This document shows positions 10,801 through 19,768 of a DNA stretch of 64,000 bases, in pieces. Numbering within the stretch: the first letter of the stretch is position 1; each line of letters begins with the position of its first letter. The position numbers and the translations under genes were made by a program. This DNA comes from an uncultured Chthonomonadaceae bacterium (GTDB lineage: Bacteria; Armatimonadota; Chthonomonadetes; Chthonomonadales; Chthonomonadaceae). The stretch is from positions 160,001 to 224,000 of the forward strand of contig CAWIEK010000063.1 in the NCBI GenBank assembly GCA_963835065.1, written 5' to 3'. Below the pieces are notes generated by a model that made no database searches, was not told the origin of the DNA, and was given only the letters and a program-made list of their open reading frames with translations.

Positions 10801-11855
10801 CGCCTCGCCTTGCCGCCGACAAACTGGCCGTCACGCAAAAACTGGATGCGGCGATCAAGCAGGCGCAGGACGGCGTAGCGCAACTGGAAGCCGGCAAAAC
10901 GCTGAACGGCAAGCCGGGAGACAAGCCGACGCCCGTGAAAAAGCCCGATTTTGCCGTTCCCCTGATTACGGACAGCAACACCGTCTCACTTGGCGTGAAA
11001 TCGGAGCCGGTGAAAAACGTCGCCCTTGCCGCCAAGTTCGATACCGTGCATGAGGAAGGTCGCAACACCAAAGACGTAGCCGACTTTTCTATCGGCAACG
11101 CCAAGCCGCTGCAAGTCGGCGTCCTGAAGGATGTGACTATCAAGGCCGGGTACGCTTCGCTGAACGACAAGAGCCTGCTGCAAAACGAGACTATGACGGG
11201 CCATGCGGAATGGAAGCTGTACAAGCACGAGTTTCTGCTGGATTACGGCGGCTTTTCCAAGCTGGAAGGTCTGTCGCTGACGGAAACCATCGCCCGCACC
11301 TATTCGTTCAAGACCAATCCTGACCCGAAGCTCTGGTTTCACGGCGGCTACTATTACAAAGTGCGGACGCTGGCGGACGGCAAGGAAAAGCACATTCGCC
11401 GCTTTACAGCCGACGCCCTGCTTGCTAAAAGCACCCATTTCACCTACATGTATGGAACCCTGCCGGAAGACGATAAAGGCAACATTCAGCCCTTGGAAAC
11501 GCTGGAACTGGCGCTGTCGCATACCCTGCGCCCCAAAACCAACCTTTCCCTTTTCTACCGCCTGAACGACCAGGTAGAAAAAGGCAACTGGACGCGCGGG
11601 CTTGGCGTGAGTCTGGACGGATTTTTGGGCAGCAAAACAAAGTGGGGCGTGGCGATCAGCCGCGAAGCCACCGGCTATTACGGCATTTACAGCGACCACG
11701 CCGAACATGCGCGATTTTCAGTGGATCAGCAGCTCAATAGCGACAACTTCCTGTCGGTTTCCGCCGAATACCGCCTGCACGACGGCAAGGATGGCGACGG
11801 CAAGATCGTCAACGACGAAGTTCGCGCCACCCTCGACTTCAGCCGTAAATTCTGA
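7887..11855 (+). CDS. Large secreted, probable outer-membrane beta-rich protein
   Basis: Signal peptide ending VHAQ; N-terminal EDFWLDASSGTLYF domain; amphipathic beta-strands; terminal Phe (LDFSRKF). Confidence 0.75.
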   Translation: MGVITATQANQKIKGARGGGRLRRFCARRLTLRVSSAVLPLLFAAPVHAQTPPVTDAGKTADSKQKAEAVTPLTIVNPQSTIVNSSTVPLNVLNVGNAAASAVASPGVGALETLRGNGGQTGYTLAHNPIVPTSLSVYASGKRLKVNEDFWLDASSGTLYFALPLHASESLSVAYRYLEGDAAKALQQSAAGLQLNLSETTHFNVLYGLNSLQENGANLALNGLRMDSLFGSSGKSRYSGLVYLADLHPSTDTSASWRDLLNPAKSKSSPAPSLTGSGSGHILSQSLAVQTSGLRLSADFQDVSKQFAGFADLKKGAASDKTALAQLAQMEKEKGLQRLGFGVGLGGLQAAKPTDGLTIEWNQIQDKTANDAKKHAPASPFAVKLAGQTDAPGTSKTADKSAPEPVPADTLPASRRQSLGLQSGGLNFSLTRRETDKAFKRLSDLSDSEKNALALDIRRQFDPNAKLEQVTQAERDQIIHEAGLSRQTMLGRFQLGKTERDGVFTFGQFSLDAEEEKEKRRKGEKETGEQDSSFSLHPSSLSAPSILSGITRQTLGFTNAHLQFSTLSQTIVSNFARIGDLSDVEKAQFGKETGLKRDQMSLLWQPDKTTKIGLDKLRIGGSLEAIQAAVGKATDAGKVEAAKDAQASTGDSAANAASAAKIDKSIVDARKTAEAATERETMRVELKGFKYLASQAHTDKEFARSADLALPDADKQQIEKERGYDRKDTTLHLDAIKGLTLDRYTYQADNKLDRLTHDIIKDSLAYAPSKNWSLTYAADHDATLAPDPSSAQGQAAPTGTSLVSASGDMKNGNVPLSDRKISGTAHTKFGLKGALARNYGLDWQRDETRTLENDKTKNVTVTDALTLGAPKDKVGVGLTYSDKRIAYQSNTIDKLDAKYDNTSEFNLHVKPTKTLTLQYGQKLLDRRIDTADTKAENKLDGQVTTDSLELDWQAAKNFDIILGTSQTDAPDAPRLAADKLAVTQKLDAAIKQAQDGVAQLEAGKTLNGKPGDKPTPVKKPDFAVPLITDSNTVSLGVKSEPVKNVALAAKFDTVHEEGRNTKDVADFSIGNAKPLQVGVLKDVTIKAGYASLNDKSLLQNETMTGHAEWKLYKHEFLLDYGGFSKLEGLSLTETIARTYSFKTNPDPKLWFHGGYYYKVRTLADGKEKHIRRFTADALLAKSTHFTYMYGTLPEDDKGNIQPLETLELALSHTLRPKTNLSLFYRLNDQVEKGNWTRGLGVSLDGFLGSKTKWGVAISREATGYYGIYSDHAEHARFSVDQQLNSDNFLSVSAEYRLHDGKDGDGKIVNDEVRATLDFSRKF

Positions 11856-11876
11856 ATATGCTCGCATGCGCCGGCG

Positions 11877-12434
11877 TTAGCGGATGGTAAATAGCCGATC
11901 CACTGCAAATCGCCAATCCGCTATTACAGGTTCAGCATCCGCCGTGTCGCCGCGCCGAAAGATACAGGGAGCGTCCGGGCTGTCGGCGCGATACGCTCTG
12001 ATGACATCCATACTCAGCAAATCTACGTCCCAGACGATTTGTGTGCCCGCCGCGAAGTAATCCGTGATTTTGGCGGCGATAGCGCGTTCCGCTTTGGGGC
12101 CGTAGTCGTGTTCGCTGCGCACCTCTACGGCGAAAATGGGCGCTCCCTGCAAAAACTCCATGGTGTCCACATTGCCGATATGCCAGGCGGCATCCGGGCT
12201 GAACGATTCACGATTGGGTAAATCCACAAGGAACCCGACGTTGTCGGGAATGGCATAGCCGCCTCCCTGCTCTTCTTCATGCCTTTGCAGGCTGACGTAA
12301 ATTTTACCGCCCGCTCTGCCCGGAATACTTCCTGTGGGACACATCCGCATCAATTCTCCATTTACAAGTTCGGCTTTGCCGTGTTCCGGCACATTGTACA
12401 GGTCTTGGAGGGTGGCGTGAGACTTGGAAATCAT
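11877..12434 (-). CDS. Uma2/DUF820 family endonuclease
   Basis: KAELVNGEL, FSPDAAW, APIFAVEVRS, YFAAGTQIVWDVD. Confidence 0.92.
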   Translation of the reverse strand: MISKSHATLQDLYNVPEHGKAELVNGELMRMCPTGSIPGRAGGKIYVSLQRHEEEQGGGYAIPDNVGFLVDLPNRESFSPDAAWHIGNVDTMEFLQGAPIFAVEVRSEHDYGPKAERAIAAKITDYFAAGTQIVWDVDLLSMDVIRAYRADSPDAPCIFRRGDTADAEPVIADWRFAVDRLFTIR

Positions 12435-12701
12435 GCTAGTGTCTCCTCATATTTTCATCGCAGCGTCACGTTCAAAACAATTTGTCTGGCGCTGTACTCT
12501 ATAATACGCTTACGCGGCAAATTCTCCTGCTTGATATTCTGTCTGCGCGTTCATTCATGTCAGGTGGGTTGAAACGAAAGACACAGAAAAGAAGTTTTGC
12601 TTGTTGCTGCGTTTGCCTGGTGCTTTGCCTGGGGAACAGAACCTCCGGCGGCATCGTACTTCATACAGGAACACGCCCGAAAAATCAAGCCTTTCGAGAG
12701 A

Positions 12702-12730
12702 TTGAAAGCAAGGCGCAAATGCGGTACAAT
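12702..12730 (+). promoter_or_regulatory. Sigma70-like promoter upstream of nuoB
   Basis: TTGAAA-17 bp-TACAAT. Confidence 0.6.
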
Positions 12731-12864
12731 GTAGGTGTGAGATTGTGAAGAATAGAACAAACTTGCGTGACGTAGGGCGTGAGCCACGCTTCCGCCCTGA
12801 TGTTCGCGTACAGCAAGCCTGCGCGCGATGAAACCAGCGCTTGAAAATTGAGGAGCCAGAAACA

Positions 12865-13455
12865 ATGGCACGATCCGTAACCGAAATATCCCTGCACGAC
12901 TCCGGTACGCCCACCCCTTCCTTCGGGCCGGGCGGTTCGCCGTTCGTGCTTGCAAAACTGGATGAGTTGGTCAACTGGGCGCGGCGCAACAGCCTGTGGC
13001 CGCTCACGTTCGGGCTGGCCTGCTGCGCGATTGAGATGATGGCGACGGCGGGTTCGCGCTTCGACATCAGCCGCTTTGGAGCCGAAGTGTTCCGCGCCAC
13101 GCCGCGCCAGGCCGACGTAATGATTGTGGCAGGCCGCGTGTCCACCAAAATGGGACCCGTTCTGCGCCAGATTTACGACCAGATGCCCAACCCGAAGTGG
13201 GTCATCAGCATGGGCGCGTGCGCCAGCACGGGCGGCGTGTACAACAACTACGCCATCCTCCAGGGCGTAGACCAGATCGTTCCGGTTGACATCTACGTAC
13301 CCGGCTGCCCGCCCAGCCCCGACGCGCTGATTTACGGCATCCTGAAACTTCAGGAGAAAATCAAAGCGCAGGGTTCGGGAGCCACCATTGAGTTCAAGGA
13401 ATTGAAAAACATGTTCTCGCGCCCGGGCGGCAATCCGACGGCGGGGGGGAAGTAG
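12865..13455 (+). CDS. nuoB: NADH-quinone oxidoreductase subunit B
   Basis: [48 protein letters not shown]. Confidence 0.96.
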   Translation: MARSVTEISLHDSGTPTPSFGPGGSPFVLAKLDELVNWARRNSLWPLTFGLACCAIEMMATAGSRFDISRFGAEVFRATPRQADVMIVAGRVSTKMGPVLRQIYDQMPNPKWVISMGACASTGGVYNNYAILQGVDQIVPVDIYVPGCPPSPDALIYGILKLQEKIKAQGSGATIEFKELKNMFSRPGGNPTAGGK

Positions 13456-13528
13456 GCATTAGGCATTAGGCATTAGGCATTAGGAAATGCGAATTCCTCT
13501 AATGCCTAATGCCTAATGCCTAATGCCT
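13454..13528. repeat. Heptamer hairpin (AGGCATT)4 / (AATGCCT)4 between nuoB and nuoI
   Basis: Perfect 30-bp arms 13454-13483 and 13499-13528 with a 15-nt loop. Confidence 0.95.
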
Positions 13529-13539
13529 GGAGCGCAGTG

Positions 13540-14133
13540 ATGAGTTTTCTAGCCGATATGAACAACCGCATGAATCTGGTGAAGGCGAAGGGCGAGGAGA
13601 TCAAGATCAAGGCGCTGGAGCCGGCCAATGGAACCAAAGCGCTGGCGACGGGGTTTGGCATCACGTTCAAGCACTATCTGGAACAGCAGCTCAAGCTGAA
13701 GCCGAATACGACGGTATCGTATCCCGAACAGATACGCGAGCAGTTTCCGCGTACGCGCTGGCGTCACGCCCTGACCCGCTACGACAACGGGCTGGAAAAG
13801 TGCATCGGGTGCAGCCTGTGCGCCGGAGCCTGCCCTGCCCGGTGTATTTATGTGGAAGCGGCGGAAAACACGGACGAGGAGCGGTACTCGCCGGGTGAGC
13901 GCTACGCCACCAAGTACGAGATCAACATGCTGCGCTGCATCTTCTGCGGCTACTGCCAGGACGCCTGCCCCACCGGAGCGATTGTGCTGCGCAAGGATTT
14001 TGAACTGTCCACCTACAACCGCGCCGACAACCTGTACACCAAAGAAATGCTGCTCGAACCCGCGCCCCTCACGTCGGCCACCATTCCGATTTCGGAAGTG
14101 ACCGTTGTAGACCGCGAGGCAAGCACCCATTAA
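13540..14133 (+). CDS. nuoI: NADH-quinone oxidoreductase subunit I
   Basis: Two 4Fe-4S motifs CIGCSLCAGACP and CIFCGYCQDACP; YEINMLRC. Confidence 0.95.
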   Translation: MSFLADMNNRMNLVKAKGEEIKIKALEPANGTKALATGFGITFKHYLEQQLKLKPNTTVSYPEQIREQFPRTRWRHALTRYDNGLEKCIGCSLCAGACPARCIYVEAAENTDEERYSPGERYATKYEINMLRCIFCGYCQDACPTGAIVLRKDFELSTYNRADNLYTKEMLLEPAPLTSATIPISEVTVVDREASTH

Positions 14134-14788
14134 TCTTAGGGCCGGGGTCTCTAAACTGGAAAAGAAAAAGAGTATGTAGAGACAGCGTCGAAATCTTGGC
14201 AATGCAGCGCTTCCAGCACAGTGTCTCGTTGTGTCAGATTGTAGTGGAGAGGCGTCGTGACCTCGTGAGCGTCAGGGCGAACGGGGAGAGTGACCAGGCA
14301 TCTTCCAGCACCTCCCTTCCAGGTTAGATTGTTGAGCGTTGCTAGGGACTAGGAACTTTCAACGGCCCGCCACCTGGCTCGTTAGCGTCTCTATTTAGTA
14401 GACGTGTATGTGTACTTAGACGAGTTGGAGGCAGAGAAGGTTCGTTGTTTGTGCTGTTTATGTAGATATTTTTCTACTTTCTTGCACATTCTTTTTGTCT
14501 TGGTCAACCCGGAGGAGGCAGCAGACACAGCACAGGGGCGAATGACCTACGAGGGGATAAGTGTTGAGCATTTTAGATGCGCTAGCCTGCCTTTAATCTA
14601 ATGTTGAATTCCTACAAGAAATGCCGGTGTGACTGCTGTAAAGTATGTTCACATCGGCTTTGTTTTACGGCCATACTTCGGAAGGGCTGGCTCAAACGCG
14701 CTCAACACCTTTTTCCGTATAGCGAAGCCTTTCCCTGTTGTCAACATTACTGGCAGGCTGCTGTACGCCATAATGCAGCAAATCCTTA

Positions 14789-15673
14789 TCACGCGGGCGG
14801 CGTATCGTCGGCTTGCGTAGGGCGGAGGAGTTCGGCAGGAGGAATGGAAGATAGGGAAGCGGCGGGACGGAGCAGGGTATCGGGCGTACCGGCGTGGCGG
14901 GTGGAAGCGCGGAGCAGGGTTTGCGTGGAAGCCACTTCGCCGCTATTGGCGCGGAGCAGGGGCAGGCACTCCGCCGCCGCTTTCTGTATTTCGCGCTGCC
15001 GGGTGTTGCGCGGGCGGCAGTTAGCGAGACGTACCACAACCGGAACCGCTTTGGCATCCCCGACCTGCTCATACGCTTTCAGGACTGCAAGCGCGAAAGC
15101 GTGATCTACGCCGCCCAATTTTGACGGCAGCAGGCTGGAACCGATCAGAACATTGAGTGTATGACGATTGCTTGGCGTCAGCAGGTTGGCGTCGGAAGCC
15201 TTCAGTTGCGGCAGCAGTGTCGTCAAAGCGCGCATCACGCTCTTGCGGTGTCCCACGCTGGAACTGATATTAAATGCATCGAGCAGGGTAGAAATCGCGC
15301 GCAGGCCACCCTCCCGCTCTAAACTCTGGATATCTAAGGAAACAGGCTTGTACATTATAATTAGCATAATCAGCACTGCTGCCAAATAACACACAAACAG
15401 CGAACCCTCGGTATTCGGTGACCGCATCATAAGACCACAAAAAGCCGCTGTCAGGCATAGCCCAAATCCGGCTAAATAGGACTGTCGGCGACGGTGTATT
15501 TTATGCTGCGCGCGGTTGAGCAGATTCGTGACCGCCTGTGTTGACGCGGCTGTCTGCAATTCTTCCGCAGCCGTTACTCCCTCAGCCGTTTCTTCCGCCG
15601 GGTTAAGTGTCGGAACAACGTAGGGAGTAACTTCTGCGGACATTTCGGAAATTACCAACTGGTTTTGCATCAT
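14789..15673 (-). CDS. Hypothetical membrane protein with HEAT-like helical C-terminal region
   Basis: 294-aa ORF with two TM helices; VLKAYEQVGDAKAVPVV; repeated LLRA/LLRP tail. Confidence 0.7.
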   Translation of the reverse strand: MMQNQLVISEMSAEVTPYVVPTLNPAEETAEGVTAAEELQTAASTQAVTNLLNRAQHKIHRRRQSYLAGFGLCLTAAFCGLMMRSPNTEGSLFVCYLAAVLIMLIIMYKPVSLDIQSLEREGGLRAISTLLDAFNISSSVGHRKSVMRALTTLLPQLKASDANLLTPSNRHTLNVLIGSSLLPSKLGGVDHAFALAVLKAYEQVGDAKAVPVVVRLANCRPRNTRQREIQKAAAECLPLLRANSGEVASTQTLLRASTRHAGTPDTLLRPAASLSSIPPAELLRPTQADDTPPA

Positions 15674-15719
15674 ATTAAAATATGTAAATTTGCAGCAGTA
15701 GGAGTAAGTTGAAGGTTTC

Positions 15720-17351
15720 CTACTTCACTAAAGCTGTGTCGTGTCCCTGCGCATCGGCGGGCGGCAGCAGGGTGCGGCTTTCGGCGGCAATCAGGCGCGC
15801 GTACCGCTCCTTTAATCCCGCTTCATTGCTTTCCTGCAACCTGTGCGCCAGGATCACGCTTTTTGCCAGGCGCACAAACCGGATGATTTGTGAGCCGGCG
15901 ATTTCCTGTGCCTCCATGTCCCGCTCCGCTTTGTCTACGGCTGCGTCCGCGTCCAGCAGGTCTTTCCATTTATTCTGATCGGCTTCCCGGGTCAATTGCG
16001 CAATCGCGGCCTGACGCGCTTCCCGGCGGGCGGCAGGGTCGGAAAGTTTCAGGTTGGGGAACTGGCGCAGCAGCATGGATTTGCTGTCGCCTTGTATGGC
16101 GCGGAAGCGTTCGCGCGCTGTTCGGTACTCGCCCATCTGCCGCCGGTTCGGACCGGCCATGTTGAGCGCCGCCCCGAACTGCGCATACGCCGCACTCAAC
16201 CGGCTGTTGCCGCCGAGTTTCAGCTTGTCGGAAAGCGCGTCCAAAGCCGCCCGCTGCGCCACGCTCGCCCATTGCCGTACCTCTTTATAAGAGGTTTGGA
16301 ACAGTTCCCGATCTTCGGCAGGCTTGACGAACCGGCGCAGAAATACGTCCGAAGTGCAGACGGGCGCGTCAATGCTGTCGTCGTAAATCAGCGTATAGCA
16401 GTACGCCTCGTCCATACCCACGCGCCCGTCGCCATTGTAGTCCGCCCCGGTCACGCGCCGCCCGACACGATCCCGTCCCGTCAGCGCGGCAAAAAAGAAA
16501 CTGGTAAAATCCCGGTATTCGGCTTCATTCACCGCCGAAGTACAGCCTGCCGCTACCCGGTTACTGACCGTCGCGTAAAATCCACAAATGTCTCGCTTTG
16601 CCAGATCGCCGTTCGGGTCGCCGTTCTCGAATATCAAATTTGCGAACGCGCCCGAATAGCACTGCACCATGACTACGGTGACGGGCACATCGTTGGGCAG
16701 GCGGGCAATCTGGCGGGACAGATCGCGTACGGTCAGCGCGGCGCGCTCGTTCTGCTGCGCGTTGCGTCCCTCTTCCCACAGGTCGTACATGTTGTTGTCG
16801 AAGTTCTGGCGGCTTGGACTGCCATGCCCCGTAAAATACAGCAGCAGTTGATGCGCGCCCGGATCGGCGCTTTCCGCCTGCGTCAGTTGCCCGAACACGC
16901 GGTTAATATCGTCCTGTCGGGACGCGCCATCCAGTTTCACGCCCAGGTTCGGCTTGCGGAAATGCAGGCTGCTTTCATCCTCGCCGTTCGGATTGATGAG
17001 GTTGAGCAACTGTTCGCCAATGGGCTGCGCGCGCAGATCATCGTCGTACAGCACAGTGGCATGGTTGGCGTTGCCGTCCGCGAACAGCGTGGTGCGCGGC
17101 GTAGTAGGCGGCAGCAATTTTTCCACATAGCGCACGTTGCTTTCAATCGCCACCTGATTGTTTATCAGGTTCGGCCCGCCGCCCACAATCAGGACGCGCA
17201 GCGGCAATTCGGCGGCAGGCGCATGGGCGCGCGTGGCAAGCGGCAGCCACAACAGCGCCCCCACACCCACGAGCGCGGATGAACGAGCGGAGCGACGCGC
17301 GCGCGGACGATGCAGCCGCGCCATACAACGCGAAACCAAAGACAGCGACAT
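15720..17351 (-). CDS. Secreted caspase/legumain-like (clan CD) protease
   Basis: Signal-like N-terminus; LLLYFTGHG and VVMVQCYSG His/Cys dyad motifs; ADYNGDGRVG motif. Confidence 0.75.
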   Translation of the reverse strand: MSLSLVSRCMARLHRPRARRSARSSALVGVGALLWLPLATRAHAPAAELPLRVLIVGGGPNLINNQVAIESNVRYVEKLLPPTTPRTTLFADGNANHATVLYDDDLRAQPIGEQLLNLINPNGEDESSLHFRKPNLGVKLDGASRQDDINRVFGQLTQAESADPGAHQLLLYFTGHGSPSRQNFDNNMYDLWEEGRNAQQNERAALTVRDLSRQIARLPNDVPVTVVMVQCYSGAFANLIFENGDPNGDLAKRDICGFYATVSNRVAAGCTSAVNEAEYRDFTSFFFAALTGRDRVGRRVTGADYNGDGRVGMDEAYCYTLIYDDSIDAPVCTSDVFLRRFVKPAEDRELFQTSYKEVRQWASVAQRAALDALSDKLKLGGNSRLSAAYAQFGAALNMAGPNRRQMGEYRTARERFRAIQGDSKSMLLRQFPNLKLSDPAARREARQAAIAQLTREADQNKWKDLLDADAAVDKAERDMEAQEIAGSQIIRFVRLAKSVILAHRLQESNEAGLKERYARLIAAESRTLLPPADAQGHDTALVK

Positions 17352-17524
17352 AAAGCAAGCCTTTCCTAACCGGTTTTCTGTTGTTAAGCTATCAGCCGCG
17401 AATGAACGGAAAGAAGGAATAAACTAAACAAATGAGGAATACGGATATAGACGCATTCACCGGGGATTTGTTGTCAACAAGTGGTTAAGCGTTGAGGGTA
17501 AAGAACCTCCCTGTCCTGAAAATA

Positions 17525-17571
17525 CCTCACCCCAACCCTCCTGGCCGCTCGTTCCTCGCTAAGAGAGGGGC
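17525..17571. repeat. CCCTCACCCCAACCCTC...GAGAGGGG palindromic repeat (second copy at 40610-40649)
   Basis: Shared ends between the two copies; the 40610 copy supplies the last codons and stop of the RNase Z-like gene. Confidence 0.7.
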
Positions 17572-17749
17572 TTTTCATGCTCAAAGGTGTGCGCAGCGCA
17601 TGGAGACTATCCTGTATTTTCAAACACCAGAAAGGTCACGGTACATATACTCTAAAAAAGCTTAGACAGATCTGCTTATCTAAGCATATAAGTAGTATGA
17701 GGCGCTTGAGTAGTTTCCTATTCCTGAGTTGTTCAGATTGGAGGAGCAA

Positions 17750-18007
17750 ATGGTTAAGAGCAGGTTGCGCAGATCACTTGCATTGTCTCGGCGAGAGGTC
17801 AGTGTACTATTGGAGGCTCTGTGCCTTAGTAACTCTGAGAGATCGACGACAACAACGCTGTTGCTCCGCGTCGCTGACCTCTACTATCAAATGCACGGGG
17901 TGGACATAGCTGTTGCTCCTCATACGCGCCTTTTCTCGTGCAGCACGGCTTCGGGTGCAGGTGGAGCGAAGAAGAAACGGATGGCCTCTGCCTTGCCGAC
18001 CCGTTAG
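17750..18007 (+). CDS. Small hypothetical protein
   Basis: GGAGGAG RBS before ATG 17750; helical LSRREVSVLLEALCLS segment. Confidence 0.55.
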   Translation: MVKSRLRRSLALSRREVSVLLEALCLSNSERSTTTTLLLRVADLYYQMHGVDIAVAPHTRLFSCSTASGAGGAKKKRMASALPTR

Positions 18008-18159
18008 AATAGAAAGGAGACCATAGGCACATTTACAGCCTTGCAAGCTGACGCGAACAGTCGCGGAAGTTGGTTTTATCAAATTGCTAACGTTTCAGTT
18101 AATGTGCTGTCCCTCCACTACACAATAGGAGGACAGCGAACACCAAAAGGACAAAGAAA

Positions 18160-18453
18160 ATGAAGTACGCTTTTTTGTTGTTTGCATTGGCCTCTGTGAT
18201 CAGCGTGAGCGCCACGCTTCTGTTCCACTTCGCCGTCATGCCGACGCGCGTTCAATTGTCCAATCTGTCTACCAAGCCTCCTATGACCGCTAAGGCGATG
18301 GACAATGAGGCGGTTCCCGTCGTGAAAGGGGTCACTCTCATCTCCGGCACTGAAGCCGCTTCTACTCGCGGGCAGGGCTTCTTCAGTAGCCTGTGGAAGG
18401 CGATTGTTAATTGGTTTGTTGGCTACGTCACCGACGCCGCTGTCAGTATGTGA
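18160..18453 (+). CDS. Small secreted or membrane hypothetical protein
   Basis: AAGGA RBS; hydrophobic N-terminus; amphipathic C-terminal helix GFFSSLWKAIVNWF. Confidence 0.55.
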   Translation: MKYAFLLFALASVISVSATLLFHFAVMPTRVQLSNLSTKPPMTAKAMDNEAVPVVKGVTLISGTEAASTRGQGFFSSLWKAIVNWFVGYVTDAAVSM

Positions 18454-18865
18454 CTCAGAAAAGACGGAGATGTAACTGGCAGAGACGAAGGTGTGACCAG
18501 TCAAGCCGGCTGCGGCTACGCCACTGGCAGCCACGGAAAGATGGAAGCATACTAAATGCCATGCGGAGACACTTCGTAAATTCTACATCTTGGAAACCAC
18601 GAAGTTTCTCTGCGGGGTTGCTTAACCGGCGCGGGGCGAATGGAAACAATAAACATCTCCATTCGCCTGCGCCACAAGGAATACTGCGATGCGTCAAAAC
18701 ACCCGAACAAGACTCACTTTATTATCGCTGCTTGGTTTGCTGACGTGGATGCTGCTGCGCGTCATTGTTCCGACATCAATGCGGACTATGCGTTTTTGCA
18801 AAGCCGTGCAGATTATGCGGCGGCTGCTGCGCACGTTGCTCAACTCTATGAACGCAGCGAAGCGG

Positions 18866-19506
18866 AAAGAAGGAGTGGAGGGGGGGGGGGGGGAGAAAGC
18901 GGGGGAGCGCAGAGAAGCACGCAGACGGGCGCGCGGGCAACGGACCACGCTATCTCGCTGACCCGCGGAAGCGAGCGGAGAAGGCGAAGGGGGCGGGAGC
19001 GACGGCAGCGCGGGGCGGAAGGGGGACGGCGCGCTTTTGGAAAAGGATGAAGATTAGGAAACAGGAAGGAAGAGGGGAGGGGAGAAAAGGGGAGGGAGGA
19101 AAGGAAAGGGGGGGAGGGAGGAGAGAGAGAAGAGAAGAGGGAGGGGGGGGAGGGGAGAGGGGAGAGGGAGAGAAGAGAAAGAGGGAGAAAGGAAGAAGAG
19201 GAGGAGGAGGAGAGGAGAAGGGAGGGGAAGAGGAAAGAAAAAAGAGAAAAAGGGAGAGAGAAAAGAAGAAAGAAAAGGAAAGAAAGGAGAAGGAAGGAGG
19301 AGGGAGAAAGGAGGAGAGAAAGGGGAGAGGAAGGGGGAAGAGGAGGAGAGGAGAGGGAAGGAGAGAGGAGGGGGGAAGGAGGAGGGGAAGAGAAAAAGGG
19401 GAAGAAGGGAGAAAAGAAACAGGAAACAGGGAACAGAAGAGAAGACAGGAACGATAGAAGATAGAAGAGAATGATCCTCAAAGATAGGAAGATAGAAGAG
19501 AAAGAG
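18866..19506. other. Low-complexity polypurine tract, probable sequencing/assembly artefact
   Basis: About 19070-19415 is essentially only A and G with no periodicity; the ORFs across it are compositionally implausible. Confidence 0.7.
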
Positions 19507-19768
19507 TTCGCTGACTTGCTGCAGGAGCTAAAATTGCACGCCGCTGCTATAAATCGGAAGCGTTGCTGACTGATCGCGATAAATCAATACGCCTGGCGCG
19601 GCGGAAATGTGGGCGCACTCACTGGCTGTGACCACTGCGCGGTACAATTTGCCGCCTTGTCGAAAGTTTAACAGATGGGAGGCAAACCCAGCTTTGCCTA
19701 CCGTTGGCGATACGCTTTGCGTGTCTGCCGCATGTCTGGTGAACGCTTACTTCGCCGAATTGCTCGGC

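Noticed and set aside
12795..12836. Hammerhead ribozyme (CTGATG...stem...GAAAC) upstream of nuoB
   Set aside because: The core reads CUGAUGU rather than CUGANGA, and stems I and III could not be built
18846..19481. ORFs 19047-19457 (+) and 18846-19481 (-)
   Set aside because: They are open only because the tract lacks T on one strand; the E/G/K/R or S/P/L/F composition is not credible
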